62,778 nt of DNA, filler included, from Globobulimina sp. (GCA_003354225.1; 26 parts of 26 records of this genome joined end to end with filler, not necessarily neighbours in it); one strand, 5' to 3'. Positions 46,450 to 59,675 are shown, numbered from the whole stretch's first letter. Made by a program: numbers and translations. The notes: generated by a model not told the origin, from the sequence alone.

Positions 46450-48063
46450 TTAATTTTTATGTTTTTTGCCAGTGACATAATGATTGGTTAAACATTCATT
46501 TGTATTTTGATGTTTCTTTACATTGCTTCTGGAAAACTCATCATCTCCGTAATAATACATTATTTCAAAAGCATTAATATAATCCACAATAATCATTCCA
46601 ATCTCCATTGGCAATATAATTATAACCGGATTCACCTCTTCCTTCTTATAATTATAATTAGAATATGTTTTTATTCCACATAACATTTTGTTCATGCCAC
46701 ACTTAGCATTTTTCAGCAGCAATAATCCACAGTTTACCGCATGACGCATCGATTTATTTTCTAGATCTCCTTCAACCAAATCCATCGGACACTTATTTAA
46801 TTTGTTCATAATTGCAATGTCACAGCCTCGCGAAACAAGTAATTGCGTCACATTTTCTTGTTGATGTTGGACAGAATAATGACAGGCCGTGTTTCCATTC
46901 GAATCAATATGATTTATATTATTTAATTGTTTCTGCGCTTGCATTGCTGACAGACATTTATAAACAGAATGATATAACCCTCTTTTGGCTGCAATCTGAA
47001 GACTGGACATTCTTAGCTTTCTCCAATCATTGTCAGTGACAAACAAAGCTTGTTGTGCTAAAGGCGCAATTTGCGAGGAAGGATTCAATGCGGCTAAGTT
47101 TAATGACGCAAATAACCGTTCAATGCCTAAGCATTCCACTAAATTATGGATATAGCCACCTGCGGACGACATATTACTTAATGCAGCACAACAATTCCTT
47201 TGCAGCTGTGTTTCGAGCGCATGTTCCCTCATTATACAAACAATTAATGCCACAGCGCCAAGTTCTGTCAATCGAGACGCAATATCATCTGAAGCAAAGT
47301 GCATATATTTATAACAAACTGCGCGCGGCGGGAAAAGCCTTAACTTGAATGTGCTAAATTTGTAACCAATCCAGCCGCTGCTTTAGCGACATTACAACGG
47401 GAAATGTGTTGCGAAATAATTCCGGTCAGAAACTGTAGAATCTGACTTTCCCTGCAATGCAATCTGATTTTTTCACGTAAAACCAAGTTCGATAATGCAC
47501 CTTTTTAATTAGAAAAAAGATGAGCTAAATGATAAAAAAAGTAAACAATGATATGGTTACATACCTAATGCAGTTTCAACAACCAAATGAGCAGTTTTAT
47601 GTTTCCTAATCACTTTATAAATCACCCTCAATGTTGATACTGAATCAAACTGTTTTCTACAGCATTCAGGCCGCGCCAAGTTCCATATCGCACTCATAGC
47701 CAACCAGCAGATTTCCCACTCATCGATGTTGTCCTTCACTGCCTGCAATATTAATTTATGTCCTTTGTGTTTGCATATAATGATACATTTTTCGGGGTGA
47801 ATTGCCATGTTTGACATTGTATGACATGCCACTTTCTGCAGTTTTTTGTCGCCACGATTTCGTTTCATCAAACAAGTTAATGCTCGGATATCAAACTGCA
47901 GTCGCTTTGAATCAATGGCACTGTTTGGTTGGCAATGTCTTGTGGCAATGGATTGAATCAGATTCAATGCACTTTCATGTGTTGCCACTGTTTTGTCTGT
48001 TGCATAGTTGTTTGAATTGCTCCTTGTTAGGAAGCGATGGCTCATGCGAAAAAATGATGACAT
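46450..48063 (-). CDS. Armadillo-repeat + ankyrin-repeat protein (two short introns)
   Basis: LQKVACHTMSNMA, AMSAIWNLA, ALGALSNL and CCAALSNMS (ARM); GNTACHYSV...LLVSRGCD...NKCPMDL (ANK). Confidence 0.8.
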
Positions 48064-48644
48064 TGAATGGATCTGATCTCTATTAATATTACATGAAATT
48101 ATAATATTTTAAAAGTAGAAATTATAGCAATTATGAACGGCGATAATTCCATACAGCAGCTGCTAATTTTCATTTATGTTTTTGAAATAATTTAAATATA
48201 CAAAGTTTGCAGTGTCGGTTTTGCCGGTTTCTGTGAATGGTACTAACTCAACAGTATGTCCATTGGATGCAGTTAGTAANNNNNNNNNNNNNNNNNNNNN
48301 NNNNNNNNNNNNNNNNNNNNNNNTTAATTAATTAANNNNNNNNNNNNNNNNNNNNNNNNNNNNNNNNNNNNNNNNNNNNCGGTTTTGATTGCGAAAAATG
48401 GTGTATAGTAAGAATAAGATCTTGATCATAATGAAGTAAAAGAACTGAAATTAAATGTGGTAAACTGAGACTAAGACTGTTTTCTACTTTTAATATTTAA
48501 TACTCCCAGACTTGGAATTTATTGTCCTATGTCGTGTCACATAATAATTGTTTCACATACACTTTTCCCATAATAATTAAAATTCAACATTAAAAACTAA
48601 ATATTACACAATACGTTCATTGATAATTACACAAAAACAAAAGA

Positions 48645-50696
48645 TCACAACTGGCCACGTCTAATTTGTCTATAAAAGGGCGTAGCAGTTAACACAGAGT
48701 CAGGATCGAGCACCACTTTGGGCATACATTTCTTAGTTTTCTTATTCCCGTGAGATTCCGTAATAATATGTTCCAACACATCCCCGATCTGTTCAAACGA
48801 AGGCCTTTGATATGGATACTGCGCCCAACAATGCTCCAACAAATCCTTCAACTTTTCCACATCCAAATCAATCTCCGTGCAATTCTCCCATTTCCTCCAT
48901 TCACTGTCCCGTATGCTTAACCGCTGTGCATTTTTAATCATCAATATCATATCCATTGGTTTGAACCCTTTGTACGGCAACTTCCCCGTCACAATGCTCC
49001 ATAATATCATCCCGAAGGAATACACATCGGTCTTATAATCACAATAAATATGCGGATCCAAATTGGAATGATCTAAAATGGCGCCACGTACATAATGATT
49101 GGGAGTGGATATACCCACATTGCTATCGCCATCATCGTCGATTACAGCCTCTCCATTCGATATCGATATGATCTCATTCCGCTCGTCGATGCCATTCAAT
49201 TGTTTCTCACTCTCTTCTTTCAATTTTAATTTTTCTTTCATACGCTTAACTTCCCTCTTTTTTTGCTTTTTTTTCTCTTTATCCAAGTCCACACCTTTGG
49301 ACTTCACTAATTTTAACAATATCTCCGGTGCTAAAAATGCCGGCGTCCCCACGTGGATTGTTCGCGTAATCTCCTTTGTGTTGCCTCGAGTGGCAAAGCG
49401 CTGCCATTGTTTCTCGGATACTGTATGTTTCTGATTTTTTTTCTTGTTTTTCGCGTTTATATTCTTGACATAACCAATGGCGGCGGCCGCGGCGGCACCG
49501 CCTTGTGATGGTGTACACGTTGAGGCGCTCAGAGTGCTCACAGCATCGTCAGAGGCAACATCTGAAGTCATTGACAATGATTTATTAAATTTATAGTGTG
49601 CTGTTTGGTTTTTATTCATTTGCTCCCTTTCTTCCGCTGGCAATTTCCTACTCACTGCATGTTGTACATATGTATATAAATTATTGTATTTGCATATTTA
49701 TATTTGTACATACCTCCAAAATCACAGATTTTGCCCACAAAACGTTTACTTTTCTTACTATACTTCACCACAACATTGGCGGTTTTGAGGTCACGATGTA
49801 CGAAGCCAGAACGATGCAGAAATTGCATTCCTTTGGCAATATCTAATAAATAATACAAACGCTGCGGTATGGTACACAAATCCGGTTCATTGGGATGCGA
49901 ATTCTCCACTAAAATCTGCTGCAAATCGCCATAAACACAATATTCATACACTAAGAAAAAGCCATTGTATGTCAATGAAGCGCCTAAAAATTTAACCACA
50001 TTTGGGTGCGACAACGACGATGAAAGTATAGATTCGCGAAATATCAATGTCAAATCAGTCCAGCTCATTTCTGATTTTTTATCTAAGCGTGATAGGCATT
50101 TGACGGCCACGGGATGGTTTTTATAAATGCCTTTATACACTGTCGAGGTGGAGCCAGCGCCGATGGTTTGGTCCTTATCTACGTGGGCATAGCCACGCGG
50201 ATTACTGTGCGATTTGTGCTTTTTATCTGACGATGCAGTCAACGAATAGCATGAATGCGTATAGTTAAATTTTATTTTGTTGAACGCCAAAATGGGTACA
50301 TAGCCGGAAACCATTTGTTTTAACTTCTTGAAACGAAATTTTTTATCCTCCGTGCTTTCAAAATGTACGCCGTGATAACCGGGCAAGGAAAATAAATCTA
50401 AATCAGCGATACTTTGTTGTGTGGATTCGATCAACGGTTTGGTCGCATAGCTCCAATGATAGTCGCTGTCGTCTTTGATGGTTTGGAAGAATATGAATGG
50501 ATACACTATGAACCACAAATAAAAGCCGATTTGCGTGATACAGTTTCCATCGGCACGGCCACTTTGAAATATTTGCGCTACGAAATCAAAGCCGGTTATC
50601 AACATAACGATGAATAAATATCTGAGGATTACGTTCTTTCTCTATGTATATTATTGTGTGCGAGGATAAGTGTTTCTATTTCGAACTTATTGTATA
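48645..50696 (-). CDS. Tyrosine-kinase-like kinase preceded by multiple TM helices; intron 49655-49713; 5' truncated
   Basis: IGAGSTSTVYKG, VAVK, HPNVVKFLG, HRDLKTANV, ICDFG, GTPAFLAPE, DVYSFGMILW, CWAQYPYQRPSF; hydrophobic helices upstream of the kinase. Confidence 0.9.
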
Positions 50697-50796
50697 NNNN
50701 NNNNNNNNNNNNNNNNNNNNNNNNNNNNNNNNNNNNNNNNTTAATTAATTAANNNNNNNNNNNNNNNNNNNNNNNNNNNNNNNNNNNNNNNNNNNN

Positions 50797-52605
50797 TTGG
50801 GTCTGCAAAATGAAATAACTTTATTAATATCGCGGATAAACGAATTAGATAATATCAATCATGAATATTTATTAGAAATGAAGCGTTTGCAAAACGACAA
50901 TGTAGATTTACAAAAGAATCTGAGTGAAATCAGAAACAGTTCTGACGATTTGCATAATTCCGATGCCCGTACAATTCAAATGTTGTATACTCCCGAACTG
51001 GCAAAAACAAAGCGCAAATGTCCAAGGTCGAGCTCACCGTATCTTTCTCATGAAATCTACTCCCTCGCTTGCAACAATCTTATTGTTGATAAAGTGTATA
51101 ATGATAAGATTGATGTGTTGATAAATAAAAACGAGGAATTAATTTCCATCGAATCTGAATTAGCAAACGAAAGAAAACAAAATGAAGAGTTAAAAGAACA
51201 ATTAACGAAATTAATAAATGATTATAACTTTATGGAAAATGAACAAAATATAAAAATGCAAGAATGTAATAAACAAATTGGAATGTTAACGAATCAAAAT
51301 AAACAATTAATTGACGAGAAAAATGAATGTAAAACAAAACATGAACAGTTGACAGAAAAAATAAATAAATTGGTGGGGAATGAGGAGAAACAAAAGAAGG
51401 AAAACGAACAGTTATTAAATGATAAAAATAAGTTAAAAAAAGAAAAAAAAGAAAATGTTGAATTATTGAAGAAACAGAAAAATACATTTATTGAATTAAC
51501 AGAAACACTTAAAACGCAAATGAAACAACTCCAGGAATATAAATTAAACAAATTGACTCAAATTAAAAAATTGGATTCACTGCAAATCGAATTAGAAAAG
51601 CAAAGAAATAAAAATGAAAACGACCAAAATGAATATCACCAACAAGTTACACAAAACTCAGAACGTGAAAAGATTCTAAAAAAGAAAAACCAACAATTAA
51701 TCGCAGAGAAACATAAATTTGATGCGTTATTTGAATCAATCAAAAAAGAATTAGGAAAAGGAAAGAAACAAAATGAAGAATTATTGCAAAAGTATAAAGT
51801 TAAAGAATCTGATAATACGCAATTGCGCGGAAATGCGAAACTCTTTGAAAATGAGTTAGAAACAGAAAATAAAGAAATTAATTATAAATTACAAGCATAT
51901 AAAATGAAAAACAATCAATTAACAGAAAAATTAATTTGTGCATCAAAGATTAAAATAACGATCAAACAGCTCGATGAAAAAGTTGAGTTGTTAACCAATC
52001 AAAATGTTGAACTGACACAAAATTATGAATCTGTTAAAAACCTATTAGCAAATGAGAAAAAACGATTTGATGAATTAGTACGTTCCTATAATACGAGTGA
52101 AACAGAAAGAAAACTGGGAAACGCAAGAAAACAATGCATGCCAATGGCCATTGTTAATGATGATAGCGATGAAAAAATACATACACTGAGATACACATAC
52201 GGTATGAATGTATATTATACGAAGGAATATGCCAAAAAACAAGGAATACCAAGAGATTATATTCGAAAAAACACAACCAATGATGGAATGGTAAAAGATT
52301 GCTTCCATGTCATTGTGCGCAAAAATGATAAGATTGCATTTGATGATTGCAAAGTGCTGCAAGCGCCGAGGGTGCCGGGCGCAAAAACTTCGTTAATCAA
52401 AGTGTTGCTGAGTGATATGGTGAATCCTAAAATTGCATCACATGGCAAATTATTAGCGTCCATTGAGGTGGAATTTAATGCTGTTGATGATCATGAACAG
52501 ATAATGACAGAATGGATTTTTTCTGGCACAATGTTTAAAATATATTCATATCCCAAGTCAGATCCGAAGAAAAAGAAAGAACTGCCAATAACCTATGAGC
52601 TGTAA
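50797..52605 (+). CDS. Long coiled-coil protein with an HSPA12/Hsp70-like C-terminal beta domain, 5' truncated
   Basis: About 430 aa of heptads, then RYTYGM...CFHVIVRKNDKI...EWIFSGTMFKI. Confidence 0.55.
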   Translation: MGLQNEITLLISRINELDNINHEYLLEMKRLQNDNVDLQKNLSEIRNSSDDLHNSDARTIQMLYTPELAKTKRKCPRSSSPYLSHEIYSLACNNLIVDKVYNDKIDVLINKNEELISIESELANERKQNEELKEQLTKLINDYNFMENEQNIKMQECNKQIGMLTNQNKQLIDEKNECKTKHEQLTEKINKLVGNEEKQKKENEQLLNDKNKLKKEKKENVELLKKQKNTFIELTETLKTQMKQLQEYKLNKLTQIKKLDSLQIELEKQRNKNENDQNEYHQQVTQNSEREKILKKKNQQLIAEKHKFDALFESIKKELGKGKKQNEELLQKYKVKESDNTQLRGNAKLFENELETENKEINYKLQAYKMKNNQLTEKLICASKIKITIKQLDEKVELLTNQNVELTQNYESVKNLLANEKKRFDELVRSYNTSETERKLGNARKQCMPMAIVNDDSDEKIHTLRYTYGMNVYYTKEYAKKQGIPRDYIRKNTTNDGMVKDCFHVIVRKNDKIAFDDCKVLQAPRVPGAKTSLIKVLLSDMVNPKIASHGKLLASIEVEFNAVDDHEQIMTEWIFSGTMFKIYSYPKSDPKKKKELPITYEL

Positions 52606-52879
52606 CGCATAGAAGGAAATTAGAAAACGTTAATTGACCTTTAAATAATGACAACAATTTAATTTATATAATTTAATGTACATTAGACTATTTCGGTAGT
52701 TGTTGCAAACAATTCTGACGCGCTGAATATTGATGAAAACAGCAACCAATCTATCTCCCATCAGTTTGGCAGCGGCAAAACTAAAAAACTGTGTTTCGCG
52801 AACAGAATACATATGTTTTGTTTCTGATGACTCTGAAAAGCTGTCACTACCATAACAACCTTGAAGTTAATGATGGCAA

Positions 52880-53113
52880 ACACTACAAGCTTTACACTGC
52901 GGTATTTTTCATTCAATTCAATGAAGGATTTCAGCTCAATGTAATACTTTGGCATTAATGAAGATTTAATCGGACTTTATACCGGTTTATTGATTGCAGC
53001 ATTTAGTTGTTGTCAATTTCTTTGTGCATTTCATTGGGGATATTTTAGCGATATTTATGGACGACGCATTGCAATATTGGTTGGTCTATTTTTTAGTGAA
53101 ATTGCAATTATCA
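52880..53113 (+). pseudogene. MFS transporter (ZIFL/TetA-like) N-terminal fragment with a frame break
   Basis: IGLYTGLLIAAFSCCQFLCAFHWGYFSDIYGRR (motif A); TM1 (FFIQFNEGFQLNV) is in another frame. Confidence 0.6.
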
Positions 53114-53213
53114 NNNNNNNNNNNNNNNNNNNNNNNNNNNNNNNNNNNNNNNNNNNNTTAATTAATTAANNNNNNNNNNNNNNNNNNNNNNNNNNNNNNN
53201 NNNNNNNNNNNNN

Positions 53214-53874
53214 ATTGCAACGCCCCAGAACAGCGAGAAGAGCTCCACCAAAATTAAAATCAAATACAGTGGAAGTGGAACAGAAAGAAGACGATATTAA
53301 AACTGATATACTGATAATGGATGATATTGAAAATGAAATGGAGGATATTGCAGACATTGACAATAACATAGATCATAACAATAACATTGACGTATTTATT
53401 AACAATAATAGTGATGATTTAGAGGATGAGAATGATGGAACGCACGGCAAATTAGTTCGTGATATATTGGATGCACAAAGCGGAATAAAATTAGAAGCAA
53501 CGCGGTTAGGAACACATCGAAGAGGCGATTCCGCGAAATCTGTGGAAAGAAACGAAAATATGAGAGAAATGATACAAAAGCTATGTCAAACTTGTGTCCC
53601 TTTGGGGAAATGTATCGATTTTGTATTTGAAGATATTGAGTCAATAAATAATGAATTATTGAAATGGAAACAACAAATTATAAAAAACAAAAGCATATTA
53701 ATTCAAGAAAAAGAAAAAACAAATCAAATATTAACTCCGTTACAAAAAGAACTACAAACTATAAAGGAACAAATTAAAGATCAAAATCAATTGATTTTAG
53801 AGAAAAAAGCTGTTTTGTTGAGAAATGAAGCCAAAACTAATGATATTATACTTAAAAGACTGTTAAATGAATGA
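53214..53874 (+). CDS. IFT54: Intraflagellar transport protein IFT54/TRAF3IP1, C-terminal part
   Basis: RPRTARRAPPK, HGKLVRDIL, IQKLCQTCVPLGKCIDFVFEDIESINNELLKW. Confidence 0.88.
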
Positions 53875-54081
53875 TGATGTTGCCAAACATTGATTATTTA
53901 ATGACTTCATCGAGTGACCATATCTATTCTATGCTAGTATATATATGTATTATGTACAGACAATCTGTCTCTAAAGTGTGTAGATATGCTATATATTGCA
54001 TACTCATTGTTGATAAGAGAAACGTAAGCAACCTCATTAACAAAAAACATTGATGTTTTTTTCAAAATAAACATATATTAA

Positions 54082-55516
54082 ATGTCTGCTTTCATTATTA
54101 TTGCTTTATTGTGTCTCAATTTTGCATATTTTGCATCACGGGAACTGCAATGTGACAATGCAGAACTGGAAGAATGTCAAGAAACAGTGAAGATGCAAGA
54201 TGAACAAATTCAAAATCTAATTGTAGAATTAATTCAACTGATGGTTCAAGGCAAGAGCACAAATACCTCCATAGATGTTATCATTTTTTATATATATTTT
54301 ATATACCTAATTAAAAATAAAACAAATCCAGACGCAATTAAATCACGTATTAACCTGTAACGACGTGGATAAACGTTTACATTTACGGTGGAAAAACCAA
54401 TGTATTCATCAATGCGTTACACCGCATGCATGCAGCGATGGAATACTATCTTGTTATCCCTATGAAAACTGTATAATTCAATGCCTTGGCCCTGCCTCTT
54501 GTCATAACTTACAAATTGATTTCTTATCTGGCTCTTCCAAATTACAATGTGATGGTTTTAATTCCTGTAAAGACATAACAATGAATTGTGTTAAACAATA
54601 CAAATATGATAATATCCATATTCAACATCACTTACATGAGCCATATAAACCGCAATACGAGCAACAATTTTCATGGTTTATCCCCGATTTTACATTTGAT
54701 TTGGAAAATATTACAGAGTTTACTGACAGCGATGATATTACAATCAACAAACATTATATTTTGGTGAAGGATGTGTTACCTAAAGACATCTTGAATAAAA
54801 TAAGGAAATCACATAAAAAATGTTTGAATATTAAACGAAATAATCACACTGAACACAGAGAATTTGGCGTTTTTGGTTATAAATATGATATGGATGTGAC
54901 TGGTCATAGCGTAACTTTTATGGATGATTGCCTTCATACCGATGTTTATGCATTTATTAAGTCAGTGACTATGGGAATATTGAAATATTTCCAGCAATAT
55001 ACAATAAATGCGTTGCAATCATTGAATATTTCGAAAGAGGATAAGCATGGAATTATGCAATTTATTGCAGATAACTGGTTATATGATTGGCAAAAATTGA
55101 ATGGTTTAGCAAATGATTTGGAATCACGTGTTATTGAATATATTTTGTATTCGCATAATGGAAACTTAGGCTTTCACACTGACGACGAAAGCAATATTAC
55201 TGTAGTTACAATGTTAAATGATGAGACTAGTTTCGATGGCGGAATATCAATGTTTAGAATGAATGGAAAGGATAAAGATGAGCATCATATTAAAATGAGT
55301 AAAAATGATATAATTATGTTTCCATCCATTGCGGATCATGGCATATCTCCAATAATCAATGGCGAAAGACATGTTTTAGTGTTTGAATGGTGGAATCTTG
55401 GCAGGTCAACAAGTGTTGGAAGAGTCCTACCATCGGAACATTTAAAGGAGAGAAAACGAAAAAAAATGGCAAGAAAAAGGCTCAAAAATCGAAAACATTG
55501 GTCTCAATTATTTTAA
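54082..55516 (+). CDS. Secreted 2OG-Fe(II) oxygenase (prolyl-hydroxylase-like) with coiled-coil and Cys-rich N-terminus; probable intron 54244-54331
   Basis: Signal peptide; FHTDD (HxD), FDGG, FPSIADHGI (distal His), GERHVLVFEW (2OG-binding Arg). Confidence 0.8.
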
Positions 55517-55630
55517 GTTTTAACATTCCTNNNNNNNNNNNNNNNNNNNNNNNNNNNNNNNNNNNNNNNNNNNNTTAATTAATTAANNNNNNNNNNNNNN
55601 NNNNNNNNNNNNNNNNNNNNNNNNNNNNNN

Positions 55631-57114
55631 ACCTTAAATTTAAATTTATCATTCTGCCCTACATTGAATGGCAAAGTGACTGTTTTATTATGTCCCGACG
55701 AATGGGACTGGCAATTAAGAGTTGCAGTTTTTTGCTTCAATCCAAATCCAATCGAATATACATAATTCATTGCACCGAGATAATAATTCCAATTTGTAAC
55801 GTATGACTTTGCTGGAAAGCGAACAAAACCAATCCATGAATTATTTGAAATTACATTGCATTCAATCTCCCATTCAAAACATGCATCGCTATTTTTTTTA
55901 TCAATCTTATACGTACTCACTACAATATTCCTGGTGCCATTTGCACCGCATTTTACCCTATGTTTTCTTACAAATTCTACAGCGTTTCCATGCTGACTCT
56001 CATCCCATATTAATTTCATATTTTTCGTTTTTACATTGAATGTATCTGAAAATCTGCCATAACCGCTATTATTTTCACCGCGTATTCTCCCATTATATGC
56101 ATGGCCGGCTTCTAAATTTATAATTTTATATGAAAGCTTTGAACCAGACACATACTCTGATTTCCATACTCCATCACGTTTTTCGTCCTCATTTATAGCA
56201 ACGGACTTTATTTGTATCTCAAAGCGTAAAATTGGAATCTCACTGTACTCGCTCATTTGTTTCGTTTTCCATTTGATCGCAATTGAATTATAACTTGTTT
56301 TTTTTACAGAAACGAGTGGTTTTGATGGAAAATCACAACTTGATATCGATATATTTTCTTGTAACGCATCATTTAAGTGTTCAAATTGGGATTTATTAAT
56401 TTTGACATTTGGTTCGGTGATTAAGTAATATGGAAAACAAAGGTATTTATTTGCACTTTCTTCCTCATTTAAATGTGTCAACAATGATTTAATTTTCTTT
56501 TTCCTCGCTTTTAGATACAAAGAAGGATTGGAAACTAATGATTCATAATCCATTTTGGCATTATTTACGCGTTTTTGATGCAATTGTAATTGATTTATTT
56601 GTTGATACAATTCCGATTGTTTGCTATTCTGTATTTTTTTCACGTTTTCTAATAACTCTGTTCTTTTTAATTCTAAATTATTGACCATTTCGTCGTATAT
56701 AGCATGTAAATCTTGTATGGCTTTTTTTGCATTTCCTTCTAAAATATTAAATGATGCATTGATATTATTATTCATTAATAATGCTTTATTGTACAATTTG
56801 TTAAATTTTGAAATAGCTTTTTGTTCTGTTTCACTTACAATCACTTGGATTATCGGACTTGCGTCAAAAATATCTGTTGTTGCTGATATGTTGTCACTCT
56901 GTTTAGGGCGCAATTTTTGTGTCGCTCGTATTAATCTGTTACATTGTAAGGTATCTAAACCAACGTCGATACCAAATTGTTTTAGATCCAATACATCAAA
57001 TTCCATTAACTCTTCGATGGCAATATCTCGCTCTACAAATACATTTAGCACATCGCTTAGTTTATTATCATACAGAAATCGCTTCACATCAATAGACGCG
57101 CCGGGTTCTGCCAT
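55631..57114 (-). CDS. SAM + coiled-coil + FN3 + SPRY-like protein, 3' truncated
   Basis: N-terminal SAM-like helices; SIAIKW...YKIINLEAGHAYNGRIRGENNSGYGRFS (FN3); FEWEIE...WIGFV (SPRY-like). Confidence 0.75.
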
Positions 57115-57182
57115 GATTTACTATTAATTATTTAAACTAAAAAACTCTTGGAAGATTTTGAACTTTCCAGATTTTTCAACCA

Positions 57183-57846
57183 ATGGCTTCCTTTTTTAGA
57201 AGAGCAGGCGCATTTAGCTACAAATGGAGAAAAGAAATCGCAATATTTGCAGTCAGCTATTCTATTCCATACACCATGCTGCGGCCTGTTACGGTATGTA
57301 TGCAATGTATTGTATTTATAATGACATAAGATTGTCAACCAAAAAATATATTTAATTTTATGCATTAGACAGTGCACCGGACCGTCAATGCACCCTACAT
57401 TGCATCAGGAAAAGTGTTACTTGTTGGTTCGAGTCGGTTTGCTATTTCATCCATTTAAGCTGCACAAAGGAGACGTAATTTTATCGAAAAATCCGCGGAA
57501 TGAGCAAGATCAAGATGTGGTTAAAAGAATCATTGCAATGGAGGATGAGGAAATTATTAAACATCCACGTGGATGGACATCGCATTCGCCACATTTATTA
57601 TCACTGCAAACTATGAGAAAAGCGCATATATGGCTTCAGGGGGATAATATGAACGAATCGTGTGACTCGAGAACATACGGCCAAGTACACATTGATAATG
57701 TTTATGGCAAAGTTCTTTGTCAAATATACCCAAAATTCAAATTTTTAAAAAACACAATGGAATATGCTGGACAAGGAGTTGAATATCAAAATATTGTTTG
57801 CTTAAAATCAAACACTGAAAAGGTCAAAATATCGCCCATTGAATAA
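57183..57846 (+). CDS. IMP1: Mitochondrial inner-membrane peptidase subunit (S26 family); intron 57294-57372
   Basis: Splicing gives CTGPSMHPTL (catalytic Ser); also GDVI, VVKRIIA (catalytic Lys), IWLQGDN...SCDSRTYG. Confidence 0.9.
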
Positions 57847-58046
57847 GTAAATTCAAATAGACCTTTGGAATTTATCCGGTCGAATTCGCCTTGAGTTCGA
57901 GTGCTTGAAACCTATGGTGGAGTGTATATGAGCTCTAAAGGGGTTTNNNNNNNNNNNNNNNNNNNNNNNNNNNNNNNNNNNNNNNNNNNNTTAATTAATT
58001 AANNNNNNNNNNNNNNNNNNNNNNNNNNNNNNNNNNNNNNNNNNNN

Positions 58047-58536
58047 TGGATTAAATGTTGGTGAGGTGGTTGTGGGTGAGGGGGTTGTTGGTGAGAGGGT
58101 TGTTGGTGAGGTGGTTGTTGGTGTATCTGTTGTTGGGCCACATGTCATATCGATTTGATAATAACTTGTACCGCCAGATCCATCATACCAATAGAATTGA
58201 ATGACCCGTGAACCTGCAGAGAAAGTACGTTTCCATGTTTCGTGGACTCCACCACTACAAGCTGTGCATCCAGGTGGATATTTATTGTCTGCAGGATCAC
58301 ATATGTCATCTCCAACTGGCAGGTGCAGATAGGCTGCCCTTTGATCAGAATTGCAGGTTGAAAAGGTAATCGGATCTAATCCTGCAGTGAATTGGATGTC
58401 GACTGGGGTTCCATATACAGTGGTGCCTGTCGCTGATTCACCACATGATAATGGTTTTACTATCGCTGGTATTGCTAATCGAAATAGTAACAACAAAAAA
58501 AAAAAGTGACACCACGTTGTGACATTTTTCCATCAT
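58047..58536 (-). CDS. Secreted Cys-containing protein with PTTxS repeats, 3' truncated
   Basis: Hydrophobic N-terminus, LSCG...FSTC domain, 15-bp tandem PTTTS/PTTLS repeats. Confidence 0.65.
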
Positions 58537-58639
58537 TTATGATAATTATGTTCCGTATATCATATATTGTGCGCGTTAAGCATGGTAAATTTTTATACTG
58601 AACTTGCAATTTTTATCCAAAAAAAAGTATCTTTCTACC

Positions 58640-59675
58640 ATGACAGCGTCATTCCGTCCTGGAATGGCAAAAATGCCACAACGATCCGCTCCAAAATTAG
58701 CCCAAGCACAACCAATGTCAAGCGTGCAATATTCACAACCAACATCATTTCAACCGCAACCTTCATACTCTGCACAACCTTCATCAGGCGGCGGTGGTGG
58801 AGGCTCTCCTCAATATAACAGTGGATCAGCAACAGTCGGGACCCTTAAAAGCTGGGCAGCCCAACAAGCATTTTTAGATATTTATCAAGTCAATGCATTT
58901 TATACTGGAACAGCGCAAAGGAGTCAATATTTTATGAGTATTTGGAAAACAGCAACTTGTTTTGGCCTACAATTTGTTGGTATTTTATTATTAATGGCCG
59001 ATCAATGGGAGGCATATAAAGCTACCTCAACTGGTGCCTGTACTGGCATTCGTGGCAATGTTGCACTCGTTGGCTATTTCTTTGCTACCTATATTACCAT
59101 ATTCTGTACAGAGCAGATCAGAACACTTAATCGCTATGGAATGTATGTAATATATATATTATGCGATTTTGCGATCGAATAAATATATAAAAATGCAATT
59201 TCTAAGGTATGGATGGGGAGAGCAACAGCCAGACTTTGTAAATTCATTATGGGTCGGTGTAGGATTATGGGTAAACTTGTTTTCGTTAATTTTATCATGG
59301 TTTGTGTCGTGTATTATAATATTTACATCGGAAGATGTTTTAAATATGGTTTTGAATTCTGTTGCAGTCACATTTATGCTGACTTTGGATGATCAGATAA
59401 TCGGTGCATCGGATTATACGCGCATTGAGATGTGGGATGGACAGAATCATACCGCGTGCAGATCAATAAACAATTGTTACAGGAAAATTGGTGGTTTATT
59501 GTTAAAGATTCATCCAATTTGGCAAAGGAGATTTCAAATTAAAAATTGGACGATTGAATGTTGTGATTGTCTATTATGTCCGTTTATGCTTTTCATCCCA
59601 TTTGTAGTGTTATTTTGTTATCCATATTCTGATGCGATATGTCTTTATGAAGAACCTGCACTCTGTGGTTTATAA
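58640..59675 (+). CDS. Multipass membrane protein; intron about 59143-59207
   Basis: Several TM helices; VLNMVLNSVAVTFMLTLDD motif. Confidence 0.7.
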
